A stretch of 64,000 nt of DNA from Nageia nagi (taxonomy: Eukaryota > Plantae > Pinophyta). Shown piece by piece: positions 12,701 through 26,095 of the stretch. The notes under the pieces were generated by a model. That model was not told the DNA's origin. It saw nothing but the letters and a program-made list of their open reading frames with translations, and made no database searches. The DNA lies in contig JBITNC010000001.1 of assembly GCA_050084985.1 (NCBI GenBank), positions 100,750,001 through 100,814,000 of the forward strand, read 5' to 3'. The position numbers and the translations under genes were made by a program. Positions within the stretch are counted from its first letter, which is position 1. Every line of letters starts with the position of its first letter.

Positions 12701-15641
12701 CATTATTACATGTCATAAGGACTATTTCCCATTGCCCAACACTTATACTTTGGTTGATAATACAACAAGATATGAGATGTTATCACTCATGGATGATTTT
12801 TCAAGTTACAATCAAATTTGAATTGGTCCTTAGTATTAATACAAGATTGCATTCACTACACCATGGGGGACTTTTTGTTACAAGGTAATGCCATTTGAAT
12901 TAAGAATGTTAATGCCATATAGCAGTATACCATGAATTATATGTTCCATGATATGATTAATGATATTGTGGAGGATTCTGTAGATGATTTGCTAGCAAAG
13001 TTTAGAACTTGAGATCAACATTGGGAAGTGTTAAAGAGAGTCTTTGAGAGATTTCTTAAGCACAATGTCAAACTAAATCCTAATAAAAGTATTTTTGATG
13101 TCACATTAGGCAAGTTCCTAGGGTTCATCATTTCCAAAAGAGGTGTAGAGGTTGATTCTAAGAAATGATGACCATCACTAGTAAAGCTCTACCTCATGAA
13201 GTTAAATCCTTATGAAACCTTAGGGTAAGATCCAATCCATTAGGAGATTCATAGCTCTATTTTCAGATAAGTGTCGACCATTTAATGATCTCCTTGAGAA
13301 GGGTATGCATTTTGAGTGGAATGAGAGTTTTCAATGAGCTTTCGATTATATCAAGCAATATTTGCTTAATCCCCTAGTCTTCATTCCTCCTAAGCATAAT
13401 GTCCCTTACTATTTATATCTTATAACTACTTATGTGGCACTAGAAGTCATGTTATACTAGAAGAATGATCAAGCAAAGTAGCAAGTTATCTATTACCTTA
13501 GTCATACACTTGTTGATTTTGAGCTTTGGTATGTCTGTATTAAAAAGGTTTGCCTTGTAATAGTCTTCACAACTAAGAAAATCCATTACTACATGTTAAG
13601 TCACATCACTTATGTGATTTATAGATTTGATCCAATGAATTATATGATGAGCAAGGTATAACATAATATTTATACTACCAAATAGATTATGTTCCTTTTA
13701 AAGTTTGAATTAGTGTTTATCAACTAGAGTTAGTCAAAGGCCAGGTCATAGTAGATCAATTGGCTAAGGTACACATTCATGCTAATACTCCTCTTAAGAT
13801 CACTCACCTTGATAAGGATATGTTCAAGATTGATGAGATTCAGAAGGTAGTAGATACCCAAGAGGCATATGACATTACTATATATTTTGATAGGTCAAGA
13901 TGTGAATAAGAGGGAGGGGCCTAAGTTATCTTCATCACCCCTTAGGGGATCCCTATCCCATATTCTTTAAAAATCTACTTTACATGCACCAAGAATAACA
14001 TAGAATATGAAGCATTACTCTTGGGTATTAAGGAAGCCATTGAGTTAAAATTCAAAAGAATTCTTAGTTATGGGGACTCTTAATTGGTTTTCAATTAGAT
14101 TTTCAACATATACCAGTGTCATAATGAGCTTCTCAAGGTTTATTAAGATATGGCATTAAAGTTACTAAAATAGTTCAAGTCATATAAAATAGAAGCTTTC
14201 CCTCAATTTTCTAATAGGTTTACTGACATTATGACATCCTTGGGCTCACTTATTCCTCCCAATCCTCATCAACATATTCAACATATGGAAATAGTGACTT
14301 TGAAGGAGTCTACCCTTAAGGTACCTTTACCTTAGAGTCTACCTTCATATTGAAGTTAATGAGATACTTGTTGAACCATGTGACTTATGGTACAAATAAT
14401 TACATGAGTATTGAAGTGGAATGCCACACCTCCTAACTTGTTAGTAGATGAAAAAAATGTTCAAGAAAAAGGCTTCCCATTATGCCATCTTAGGGGATGT
14501 TGTCTATAAATAGTCATATGGCATTTTTCTCTTATATTGTTTATATCTCTATGATCAATTTATTGCTATTATACTTGTCATGATGAAATATATGGTGGGA
14601 ACATTAATGGAACTATAATTTCTAAAGGTATTCTCAAGATGGGGTACTATTTACCTACCATGGAATGAGATTATTAGGACTATTTCAAAAAGCATGTTAA
14701 GTGCTAGCAACATTCTCATTTACAACATCTACTTGCTAAGACACTTAACCATGTCTAGTCTATGTGGCCTTTTGCATAGTGAGGATTTGATCTTGTAGGG
14801 AAGTATGTACCTCCCTCATTGGGTGACATAAGTTCATTATCATCGCAATGGAGTACTTCACAAGTGGGTTGAGGCTGGGCTACTTGTGTTCAACATGGGT
14901 CCTAACGATTTCCTAGTCCATTGACACTCATATTATATGTAGGTTTGGTATTATACATAAGATCATATCAAATAATAGGCTATGTTTCAAGAATCAACAT
15001 GTAAGAGCATTATGTAATGGTTATAATAATCAAAATTCATTCTCCACACCTTGTTAACCCTAGGGTAATGGTTAGGAAAAAGAATCCAATAAAATCATTA
15101 TCACTATTCTAGAAAAGATGGCCAATGATAACCATAAGAATTAACATGAGTGTCTCCCATATACCTTATGGGACTATCACATCAGTATTAGGAAACCTAT
15201 GGGGGCTACCCCCTTCTCACTAGTCTATGATATAAAAGAAGGCATGCCACTTAAGTTGGGGATTTTATCCTTGAGAGTTAAGATTTAGGGTCTTGTTCAC
15301 AATGAGGAAGTATGACAATCTCAATTAGATCAACTTACCCTTCTTGATGAGAGATGCATCAATGCCATTGAATATCATAAAGTTTATCAATAATGATTGA
15401 AGCGTATATACAACAAGAAGGTCAGATCTTGAGAATTAGAGATTAGTGACTTGGTACTTAAAGAGAATCAATAATAACCATATCTTGAGTAGCCTCTTCA
15501 AGATAAATTCATACTAAATTGGTTAGGTTCTTACATTATCAATAGGAAATTTGACACATTCACCTACCATTTGTTAGATTTAGAGTTATTAAAGAGTTAG
15601 AATCTATTAACATCATCCATATTCATTGATTCTATGCTTAG
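9747..15641 (+). pseudogene. gag-pol remnant: protease (~10740-11070), RT (~12340-13300), RNase H (~13350-13770), archaeal-type RNase H (~13875-14250), integrase (~14570-15641)
   Basis: Motifs read through stops and frameshifts: IDNGSIINV; IVIHNI..AKPLKKKPRKVNP; SVDDLLAK; YFDRS..NNIEYEALLLG..GDS*LV..NRFTD; GYYLPTME; WPFA**GFDLVG; GNG*EKESNK; GATPFSLVY; NWLGSY. Confidence 0.9.
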
Positions 15642-18600
15642 TCTTTACCTTGTTTTATCTTTATTTGTTCATATTTGATTATTGGTTCTTATTTACTTCT
15701 TATGCATATCATCTTTTCATCATTTCTTTATTTTTCATAGCATATCACCTTGATCTAGTCTCTCATTTATCCTACACTAAGGCATCTTACATGTAGTCAT
15801 TCCCTTGGGCTTATGTGTGTACCATATTTTCTTATCTCATAACTTTGTTTCATTTTTTTTATCATGTCATTGGGAGTCAATACTTGGTTGGTTATCCACT
15901 TATCTTTTTGGAGTGCATAAAAATCACAAGTCACTCATATCCTTATCATGCATCCATTTTATATCATTGTGTCTTTATATCATTTATCATCACTTTGCAT
16001 TTATCATTTTATTTTTACCATTCTTGGTCCTTGTTTGGATTGTGACTATTGGACATTATCTTCATTCTGCAATGAAGTAAGCACAATCCTAAACATGAGT
16101 TGAAGTCAATCCCAAAACAACCTTGCTTGACCAATTTGTTGTTTGCATTTCCATTTTACTTCAATTTTGTTCACATTCATTGTCTTCATTTTGTTTATTG
16201 TGTCAATCCCGTTGCATTCTACTCATGCAAGGTCCTCATCAATGATGTTTACACATGTTTATTTACATCACTTATCACAATATATGATCTGTGGTTTCTT
16301 GATGATGATACAAATACTTGGGTATTATTCAAAATATTAGATTTCCTTAAAATCATTCCCTTTGTATTGATCATAGACTGCAGATGAAAATTATTTTTGA
16401 AGGAAAAACCATATGAAATTATCATGACTTGTGACATGGATAAACTTGTGTCAATGCCACATTACTCATCTTCATCATTTTATGATGCTTTCCATTTGAG
16501 GCTTATTTTATCATTATTTATTTCTATTGTAATCATTTTTATGCCTTATTTATTATCATTTTGTGTCTTTGTTCTATTTATTTTGCTTTCATCATGCTTG
16601 TCTCATGTCACTTTATCAAAATTATATTTCATTTGGCTTTCAAAAGCTAGTATAACCATGTCAATTTGGTGAATGATTTATTTCCCTCACCTCATGCTCA
16701 TATTGGTAGTATTATAAATTTAGTTTCATTCATATTAGATCACATATCATTTATTTATTTTAGCTCCAAATTTGGCCATCGCACATGTGCACATGGTAAC
16801 CCTAGCATATTGACCTACATTAGATTATGGTCTCAACTTATCAATTATTCATGATGTACCTCATTATATCCTATCATGTCATACCATTCCATTTTGAGTC
16901 ATTTTGCAACCATTTCTTAGTCCATTTTGGTTCAGGGATGAAGGTCTTTAAATTTGGTACCCTAAAACGTTGGTTTCAATTTCATAATTTTAAACATAGC
17001 AAATTGCATTCATTTTAAAACTATTAATTTTTAGCCCATTACTAATCTAAATTCAATTAACATGTCAAGTTTCATAGCTTAACTCCATCATCTAGTTAGT
17101 TTTCACAAGCTAGTTATTGGGCTACTTGGAACATTGCACTTTCAGTGAGCACTGAGGGGTCGTCACCTTGAGCTAAGTAGCCTACTATTTTGGTTTCAAA
17201 AATAGGAAAATTGACCTCTATTTTTTGAATTGCTTGATCCTTTTAATAGATTATAGTACCAAATATCATTTCATTAATCTAGTTCATCGAATCGTAACTC
17301 TGGTTGCTAGTTATCATCTATTAAAGTTCATAAGTTTTCACTTTTTTCAAAGTGTTAATTTCACAATTGTTTAGTTTTGGCCCATTTTGGTTGCATCTTG
17401 GCAACATATTGACATGATTCTTATTTTCATTTGTAATAGTTGAATAAATCAAGTACTTACAGGGTGTCTTTACGACACATACCTACCTTATTTTATGTGC
17501 AATCATGGTGAAATTCTAACATCATGTCAGCTTATTTTGTTAGTATTTTTAATTTTTGTATTTAATTATTTAGGTTCATTTTAGTACCTATTTTTCATTT
17601 GATCTTATTATCTTTTGATATCTTCATATTTTGGTTAATTTCTGTCATTCCATTATCTTTATCTTTATCTTTTTTGTGCATCTTTTTATCATTTGATTTT
17701 AATTCTCATTATGTTCATTGTATATTTTATTCAAATTTTATTGTCTTGTTTATCATTTTCTTATCTTGTTTATCATTTTCTTATCTTATATAAAATTTTG
17801 TATTTACTTTTATTTTATTTTTTAAGTATGTCAATTGTATTATTTTATCTTGTTTAAATTATTTTATTCTATTTTGTTATCTCATGATGTTTTTTTATTA
17901 GGGTTCTTTACTATTTATCATTTAATTTTCATATCTTTGTGTGGTTAAACATACATGTTCATTTTTTTAGTGTGTGATTAGACATGCTAGTTTATTTTAG
18001 TCTATTTTATATATGTCTTATCATGTGTGTACATTTAAGATTCATTTTATATATTCATATATAAGTGCATCCATCGTATCATAAGTACATGTATCTTAAG
18101 CATACATTCATCCATAAGTGTTCATATTTATGCATACATTGTATCATACATCCATGCATAAATGAATCAATACACATCCATTACATAGTCAAAATATGTA
18201 TATCATTAAACATCATAATATAAATCCATACATATATCCATACATGTACATCAGTATATACAAAGATACATATACATATTAATGTCTATAGAGTCTTGCA
18301 TATACATGTATCTCAAAATGTACATGTAAATGTATGCTATGATGCCAAAAGTATACATAAAATATCATAACATGGGTCATCTACCTCCACTCCTATAATG
18401 TAGGGTCCTCCCATCTCCTATGTTGGCTAGGGGGGTGTTGGTCTCCCCCTACCCCTTAGCATGGACCCCTAATGGGTTATTCTTGCTAGTTTCCCTGCTA
18501 TCTTTGGTTGATGGAGGTGATTAAATAGTATACCCATGACTTATGATATGATGCATCTCCTAGGCCCTCTAGCATAGGTCCTAAGCTCTCCCCTAGTCTC

Positions 18601-19457
18601 TGTCTAAAGGTGTGAGAGCTGCATTGATGAGGGATTCTATATGTACTATTTTAGAATATTGGTGTCATTGTAGCTATCTTTACATTCATCCTTTATGTAG
18701 GTATGAGTTGTCTCATTGAGTTCCCATTGCTCCTTGGCTCCTTGATACACTCTATGATATACTCTTGGCTAGAGAGGCTATCTATGAGATATTTGGGTCT
18801 ATAAGAATCCATCCCATCTTTATTAGTTGATACCACCATGCCTACACCTTTATGGTTGCATGGTTAGAGTTATCTAATGCCTATCATAGTTTCTACAATA
18901 TATATATCAATCTAGAGGGGGTAATCCCCCTTGAGCTCATCGCCCTCCCTATCATCTACAACTCTATTTGGGTGGTCATATTGACCACCTCCCACTCTCA
19001 TGTCTAGGATAAGCCTTCAATAAATCCTTGATCTAGGTGTTCACCTTAGCACCAGGTATTATATCACCCTCAACCTACACTCTTAGTGATCTTTATCCCT
19101 ATATATTATCACAAACACTATTTATAGTGTCTGCATATCCCCTAGTAGGAAGCACACATAACTTTGCACTAATATGACTTGGCCTTGGACCACTACTTTT
19201 ACACCCTACTTTGATATTAGTTGCACCTACATGGCATCCAATTGGTATTAGAGAACATCATACTCTCCTAAGTACCGAGTCATCCTCTTTCATTGATAAA
19301 GGTACTAGATCTTGGGTCAAGGATCTTTTGAGGTTGGCACTCATGTATCCTAAACCTAACATCTACTCCATACTATGTCACCTCCTACTATCGCAATCCC
19401 TCCTAAGGAGCCTCCTCATGAGTTGGTTGGTATAACATGTTTATCCATGACTCCTTA

Positions 19458-19874
19458 TGATGAAATTAACCCTCTCTAATTAAATCTCTAGTTTACCAAG
19501 ATCTCAAGAAGGCACTTACAACATCAACATAATAACCTAATAACACAAGCCAATATCATAAATTACATAAGATATAAAGTGGTTCCTCCCTCCTTGGGAG
19601 TACATCCACTAAGTAATATATTCTTATTCTCAAGAACCTCTCTTGGAAAATCTCTCCTCTCTCCAAACCCTAAACCTCAATTGTTTCATTACAATGAGAG
19701 GAGGGTTACCTCTCTATTTATAAGAATAAATCCACCCTTTAACCTAGGGGTAATGTTAAAGGTATTTCTATATTTATTCCCTTAATGCTTTAAGGTATCT
19801 AAAGATACTTTAAGCATTAAGTGAATTTATATTACAAAGAAATATTACACAATATTACATTACAAATTTCAACA
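19458..19874 (-). repeat. copia-type LTR (~415 bp subfamily), minus orientation
   Basis: tgatgaaattaaccc...atttcaaca; shares the gtggttcctcc..ggagtacatccact core with the 500 bp LTRs; reverse complement of 20331-20743. Confidence 0.88.
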
Positions 19875-20330
19875 TTTTTTAAATATAGTATATAAATGTT
19901 TTTAACATTATATATATATAATTTTAGCTACTCTTGACATCAAGTTGAAAAACTTTCCATCTTTGAGCTGCTGTAAGAGCAAGAATCACCCTGATGAATA
20001 TGATATGATCTTATTTATGATATTATTGTAGATTATAGGTTTTATCTTGAGAATGTAGGTTACTTACTTCAGGTGGGTAGGATCATGAAGGTTCACATGT
20101 CAACTCAATGTTGATTGACTATACTTACAGTGAAACCAATTATGGTTAATGATTGTAGTATAAACAATTATGTCAAATGGTATTGTAGTGAGTCTAAAAC
20201 TAAGATCTTACTTATTTCTTAATGATTTAAAAGTTCTCATCTATTCTTGTATCTCTTTGGAGGAGAACTCTCTCTTACTCTCTCTTTCTTCTTTCTCTAT
20301 GCTCTATCCCAAAATTAGATTAAAAGGGAG

Positions 20331-20743
20331 TGTTAGAATTTGTAATGTAATATTATGTAATATTTCTCTTTAATGTAAATTCAATTAATGCTTAAAGTAT
20401 ATTTATATACCTTAAAGCATTAAAATAATAAATATAGAAACACATTTAACCTTACCCTTGGTTAAAGGGTGGTTTTCTTCTTATAAGAAGAGAGGTACCC
20501 CATCTCTCATTGTAATGAAATAATTGAGGTTTAGGGTTTGGAGAGAAGAGAGATTATGTAAGAGAGGTCCTTGAGAATAAGATCTTAGTTAGTGGATGTA
20601 CTCCCAATGAGGGAGGAACCACTTTATATCTTATGTTATTTATGATATTGGCTTATGTTATTAGGTTATTGTGTTGATGTTGTAAGTGCCTTATTGAGAT
20701 CATGGTAAACTAGATATTAATTTAGAAAGGGTTAATTTCATTA
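20331..20743 (+). repeat. copia-type 3' LTR (~415 bp subfamily), plus orientation, preceded by PPT and 3' UTR
   Basis: PPT taaaagggag at 20321-20330. The upstream ~335 bp is homologous to the reverse complement of the copia 3' UTR at 43395-43720. Confidence 0.88.
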
Positions 20744-23263
20744 CCTGATCATTTATTTATTTCTTTTAAATGTTCTCTCATCCTCCTCATACTTGAAATC
20801 CTCCTCTCCCTTCTTAGTAATATACTCTCACCCTACAAAGCTTCACCCTCCTGCACCCATGGATCTACTAGGGATGTTGGGCCCTAACCTAGCTACGATT
20901 ATCCACTCTAGTAGTTGGTCCCTTTAGGGGGTCCATAAGAATCATAAGTTGGGGTAGTCCCCATATAATCTATAATTTCTCAAACTATGGGTGAATATGA
21001 CACTACAAATGGGCTTGGCATATGTTAGTCTAGGCCTCATTGGGCCTCTCTATCAATCCTTCCATACAACACAAGATCTAAGGGATCATCCTAAACTAGC
21101 TTGCACTATTTCTCTAGCCTCTCATATCTAAAAATTCCACATCCTACATGTGATGGCCTTTATTATGATGAGTCCTTCCATAATAGCTATGCATCCTCCT
21201 TATCCTAGTGAGGCATGCTAAGGTAGGGTTGCTATTGATATCTTAGGGTTGTGGGCACATTAGTACCTATTGGTATCAATCAATTTTTACCTTGTAGGGA
21301 TGTCTCCTTGATATCTCCTTGTCATGATCCCAATGCATAACATAGGGGAGCTCCCATCCTACCATGGGTGGGATATCACCCATCATCTCATCTATATGGA
21401 CTACTATTGATAGTACATTCATCCTCCCTAACTGAATATGCTCCTAGACCCATACTTGTAGCAACAATGATATGCTCATCCCTCTTCTCCCTTAAGTTAC
21501 TATCACTAATTCCTTTTAGGTTTGCATGAGTAGGGATGACCCCCACACAAATATATCTAATCCTTGAATAGGCATATGATGATATCAAACATATTCCAAG
21601 GGAACTAAGTCCTAAGGAATCTAGCAACATAAATGAGGAAATAAATAACATCACCATCACCTCTCGATGTCCAAGTCAGCCATCCTTAGAGAGGGGTTTA
21701 ATGAGAATCCCTCCATTATGGATGTTCCATGTCCTATATCCTTCACTCACATATGGGTGGATGACTACTCTATTTGTGGCAACAATGATTTGCTCTCCCT
21801 TTATTAGGATTCAAAAAATCCAGTACACATCCTCTAAAGTCACTATCATCTCCTATGTTAGAAGCATGAAGGTGCATCTATCAGATAAAAGTGCTCTCTA
21901 AGCAAGATCATGTATGATGTATCCCTCTTAATAGGGAGTATCCTAGCCACTCCAGCTAAATTGACTACCTTCATCCAATCCCAATTTGCCTGGGTCAGCA
22001 TGACTCTCACCTCTATCCATAGTGGACAAAACTTGTGCCTAAGCTTTATTTGGTATAAATTTTAAGGTTTATCAATCATTATTAGTCAATATTCATTATC
22101 TACATCTAGATCAATAGTCTCTATATCTTGTTAGCCTATTTAATTATCTACATCTCATATGGTTTCTTCATGATGAGTTTGTGTATCAATTTTATTATGT
22201 TGGATAGTTAGATTACAATCATCCCTATCAAGGGTGTTTACTTTAACCTATTTACCTAGCCTATAAATACTAGCTAGTCACCTGAATGATTAGTCTAATC
22301 ATCCCTCACCTAGATGACCCCTAGATCGAATCATATTGAAGGAGGATGATTTGTAGCTAGTTAAAAATAGAAAAAAATAAACTCTATTCTTTGCAATTTC
22401 TACCAAAAAAAATTACAGTTATGAACAAGCATTTTATGATAGGAACATGTACAACTCAAACATTCAACAAATCAATATATTGCATTCATAAAATACATAT
22501 ATTTACGAGCATTTCATGTTCTTTTTAAACCTTTTATTTATGTCATAATCCTTAGTTACATAGTCCTCAATTATTTGCTAAATTATTATTGGACACCATT
22601 TAAGATTTTTGTTTATTTATTTTATTTTGTAGGTCATTTTTTAGTCTCCATTATAGGGATTGGGTCATTTGTCTCTTTGTTTATTTCAATACAAATTTAG
22701 TAGGTTGTATTATCTTGACTATCCCAACAATAAGGTGATGAGGGTTTTTCTAAATGCATAATTAGTTTTATTCTCAACTCTAGCTACTATTATCAATGAT
22801 ATTTAGTGTGAAGTTAGTGGCTATTAATGTTATCATTTTGTTCTCCAACAAACAACCAATATAATAATTTATTTGTGTAAACCCTATTCAAATGCTACCT
22901 TAATGTTTAAGGTGTACATTCTCTCATTTACAAATACTAGTGCTCAACCATTTGCACAAATAAACAACAAAGCATTACATGAAAATATTTAATCTATTGC
23001 ATTAAAACTATAGAGAGAGATGAGGCTACCAACCTTTTCTTAGGAGGATCCTCTCCATCTACATCATGTTTAGGTTCACTTCCACTTAGGCTAGGTCAAG
23101 CAACAATCATGTATGTCCAATCCTCAAGTACCATACATTTGTTTTATTTATTTTTTGATCTTCACAACCCATAATGTTCGATTCTTAGCACAAAGTAATC
23201 ATATGAATGTCTCAACATTGGAAAAGCCATGGCTTATCATTTTTAAAATAACCTCCAAACCCT

Positions 23264-23265
<2 letters not shown>

Positions 23266-23337
<72 letters not shown>

Positions 23338-23340
23338 GTA
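23266..23340. repeat. (TA)n microsatellite followed by (TATG)n
   Basis: About 30 TA units followed by TATG units. Confidence 0.97.
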
Positions 23341-23624
23341 TTTATATTGATCAAATTTTCTTGATGACTTGAGGTCATCCAAACAATTGGCTAAAATCCT
23401 AATCACCTGAATGTCCCTATAGCCATCTAAATGAATTGCTCTAACTTTATAGCACCTTGTAAAATTTTAATCATTCTCATAATTTTTTATCTTATTCAAT
23501 CAAATGATCAGGTATCCTATCTTTTCATCCATCAAATCTCCTTATTGAGGTGAGATCTTCACATACTATTTTAGATTAATCAAATATTTTGTAGGTACAA
23601 TTTGACTTCATCAAGGGTACCTTA

Positions 23625-24122
23625 TGATGGAGATAATACTATCCTAATAATCTCCAATATTCCCAAGATCAGCTTGGAGTGAATAATCCTACTTATATGA
23701 GAAAAATCAATCACACACATAATATAATACCATCATGTATATTGATTCCTCCACCTATGTGAGTACATCCACTTGAACCATCTCATCTATTATTTCTCAC
23801 AAGATCTCTCCTACAAATTCTCAAGAATTCTTCTACAAGAATTATTCTACACAAAGATTCCTAACAAGACTAATCCTATAATTCTATACTACTACCATTT
23901 TCATGCTTCTTCAAGTGTATTATGAGAGGGGAGTACCCTTTTATTTATAGCACAAAACCAACTCTTTAACCTCCCTTTACCCTAGGGTTAGGTTAAGAGT
24001 TTAACATATTTTATCCCATTAATGCTTTAAGGTATCTAGAGTACCTTTTAGCATTAAGTGTATTTATTTGTATTTTTAAATTAAATAGAAATATTACACA
24101 ATAATGCATTATAATTCTAACA
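23625..24122 (-). mobile_element. copia solo LTR (third subfamily)
   Basis: tgatgg...ctaaca; has the gagtacatccact core and the U3 palindrome; flanked by cctta/cctca (4/5 TSD); no PBS or PPT adjacent. Confidence 0.8.
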
Positions 24123-24904
24123 CCTCAGATACATGGTCAAACTTTCTTGCATCATGAGTGTTTTTTGGATGAATTCTAACTCGACATGATTAATTGGTAA
24201 TCAACATATGCAAACATCATAGTGTTTGATTTTATTAAGCATCGTAAGCCTACATGCTATGATTCAATGCTTGGTAGGTTTACAAGCCTACATTCATTTC
24301 TCTTCAACTGCTAGGGAAAAGCAAAATCATTTTTCACTTTGTCAAGCATCATATGCCTGTATGCTACAGTCGAATGCTTGGTAGGTCATTGAGCCTATGT
24401 TCCTTCCCTTTGACTATTAGAGCAAAGCAAAGTTAGATAATCTTTTATTGCTGGGGTAAAGTAGAGATCATTTTTCATTCATTTTAAACTTCAGATATGG
24501 GGAAAAGTAGAGATCATTTTCCTTTTCACACTTAGATTAGATTATATTAGATAGATTAAAAAAATTGCTTTATTTTTATACAAACTACTTGATCCACTTA
24601 TAAAATTTTATCACAGATCATTATCATGAGGTCCAAATCTATCTTATATGGCTTGCCATATGTCAAAACTAGATTTTATTGGATTATCATGATGTTTGAA
24701 TCTATCTTATATGGCCTATCATGCACCTGAAATTAGACTTGGATCAAGTGATGGGGATGATCTTATAAAATCTATCATGCATCGAAACTAGCTCTCATCT
24801 TGATCATTTTTATGCTTTTATATCATTTATCATTTTTGATTATCGATTTACTATTTAACATATTTTTGTACTTAGTTTCAAAGATCAGGACAAAAAGGGG
24901 TAAA

Positions 24905-26095
24905 TGTAAACATCCAAAAATCATATTTTACATTGTTAATAGGGTTATATTGATATTTATGATATTTTTACTATCATGTACTATCTTGTTTATCTAACAT
25001 GCCATGCAACACATTTAATAGGTTCGATTGATACTATTTTAACCTTTAAGTCTTTTATAACACTTTGGTTCTAGTCATCTAGACTCTTTGCTAATTGTTT
25101 GAATGATCCTATAGGCCATCACCTAGTCATCTGGATGATCCTATATGAGGTCTATAAAAGCTAACATGAGCTCAATTTTAAAGGTTTGACACACTTTTCC
25201 ATGCACTTTGCCTCTAATGTACCTGATTACACATGATTCTTGAGCAAGTGACATCATCTTCAATGGTTTGCCTAAAGTTTTGATCCTCCATCTTCATGCC
25301 TTTGGATCACTTCTCCATGCACTATGGATTGAGGTATGTTGTTGTTATTTGATAAGCTTATGTTATTGATAATTTATTTCATGAGTATTTGTAGGATTTA
25401 AAGATTTCATAGATCTATATTGAAGACCTTGTATCCTCTCTTTTATTGTATAATTATCATTGTTTGATATATAGGCACATATAGGCTAATATTCATACCT
25501 AGGGTTTGGCCCCAAAGGTCAAATCCTTAGGGTTTGAAGGATCTTTATTATGTGTTTAGTCTTTGTAGCTCTAGATCCATCTCTATTTATCTTTCATCCA
25601 TTATCATTTGTAACATTTGATCACATTAGAAAAAACATTATACATGTATAGGTCTTGAACAATCCTTCTCACACATTATCAGTATTGTCATCTAGCTTTA
25701 TCAAGTTTGCTTATATAAACATTTTCTATAGTTTACGTTTGAAGATCATACTTGCACAATATGAATTTTAATCTTTTTTGCTAATATTTTTTGCTCTCCT
25801 TTTGATTGAGGAAAAAGAAGGCTTACAACCTTTTTGAGTTGGGGTTTCACCTCACTTGGATGGTCACAAGGTCCCAAGGACTTGTGATTTAAAGCCTCCC
25901 ATAGCATATTGTCACTCCTTTCAGGTCCAAATAGCTTCTTGCAATGTTGAAATTCAAAGGACAAATTCTAAACCCTATCTTTGTCAATATTATCAATACT
26001 TACATAGGAAAATTAGATGCAAATGAATCAAGATCTTTGGAATTTCTCATAGGTATTTTGAGTGGTTGAGGTGTAGGGATTTTAAAAAATTTACA
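24905..26095 (+). repeat. 3' LTR of Tat/Ogre element
   Basis: Preceded by PPT aaaaagggg; direct repeat of 6974-8155; followed by TSD agatg. Confidence 0.92.

Larger units (their letters stand above)
18400..22050 (-). pseudogene. antisense extra ORF encoding a Plant Mobile Domain (PMD, PF10536/MAIN-like), decayed; 3' limit approximate
   Basis: Minus-strand motifs: DRCTFMLLT*EMIVTLEDVYWIF*ILIKGE (~21795-21882), FVWGSSLL (~21530-21552) and LLLQVWV*EHI (~21434-21468). These match the PMD signatures TFHLP.GEMTITLEDV, AWGSA.LA and LLQ.W.WEH. Confidence 0.8.
6974..26095 (+). mobile_element. full-length decayed Ty3/gypsy Tat/Ogre-type LTR retrotransposon (19.1 kb including nested inserts)
   Basis: Two ~1.19 kb direct LTRs, a perfect 5-bp TSD AGATG (6969-6973 and 26096-26100), PBS at 8158, PPT at 24892-24900, and domain order PROT-RT-RH-aRH-INT. 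Confidence 0.93.

Noticed and set aside
15805-17793. Hydrophobic ORFs as an env-like or membrane gene
   Set aside because: T-rich low-complexity 3' UTR gives F/L/I-rich translations in several overlapping frames; no coherent ORF.
23212-23406. ORFs with YIYIYI runs (also 49626-49926)
   Set aside because: Translation artefacts of (TA)n microsatellites.
19458-24122. LTRs 19458-19874 and 23625-24122 as the two ends of one copia element (cctta...cctca)
   Set aside because: Different lengths and subfamilies, no PBS or PPT at their inner edges, and the intervening DNA is the host element's PMD region.
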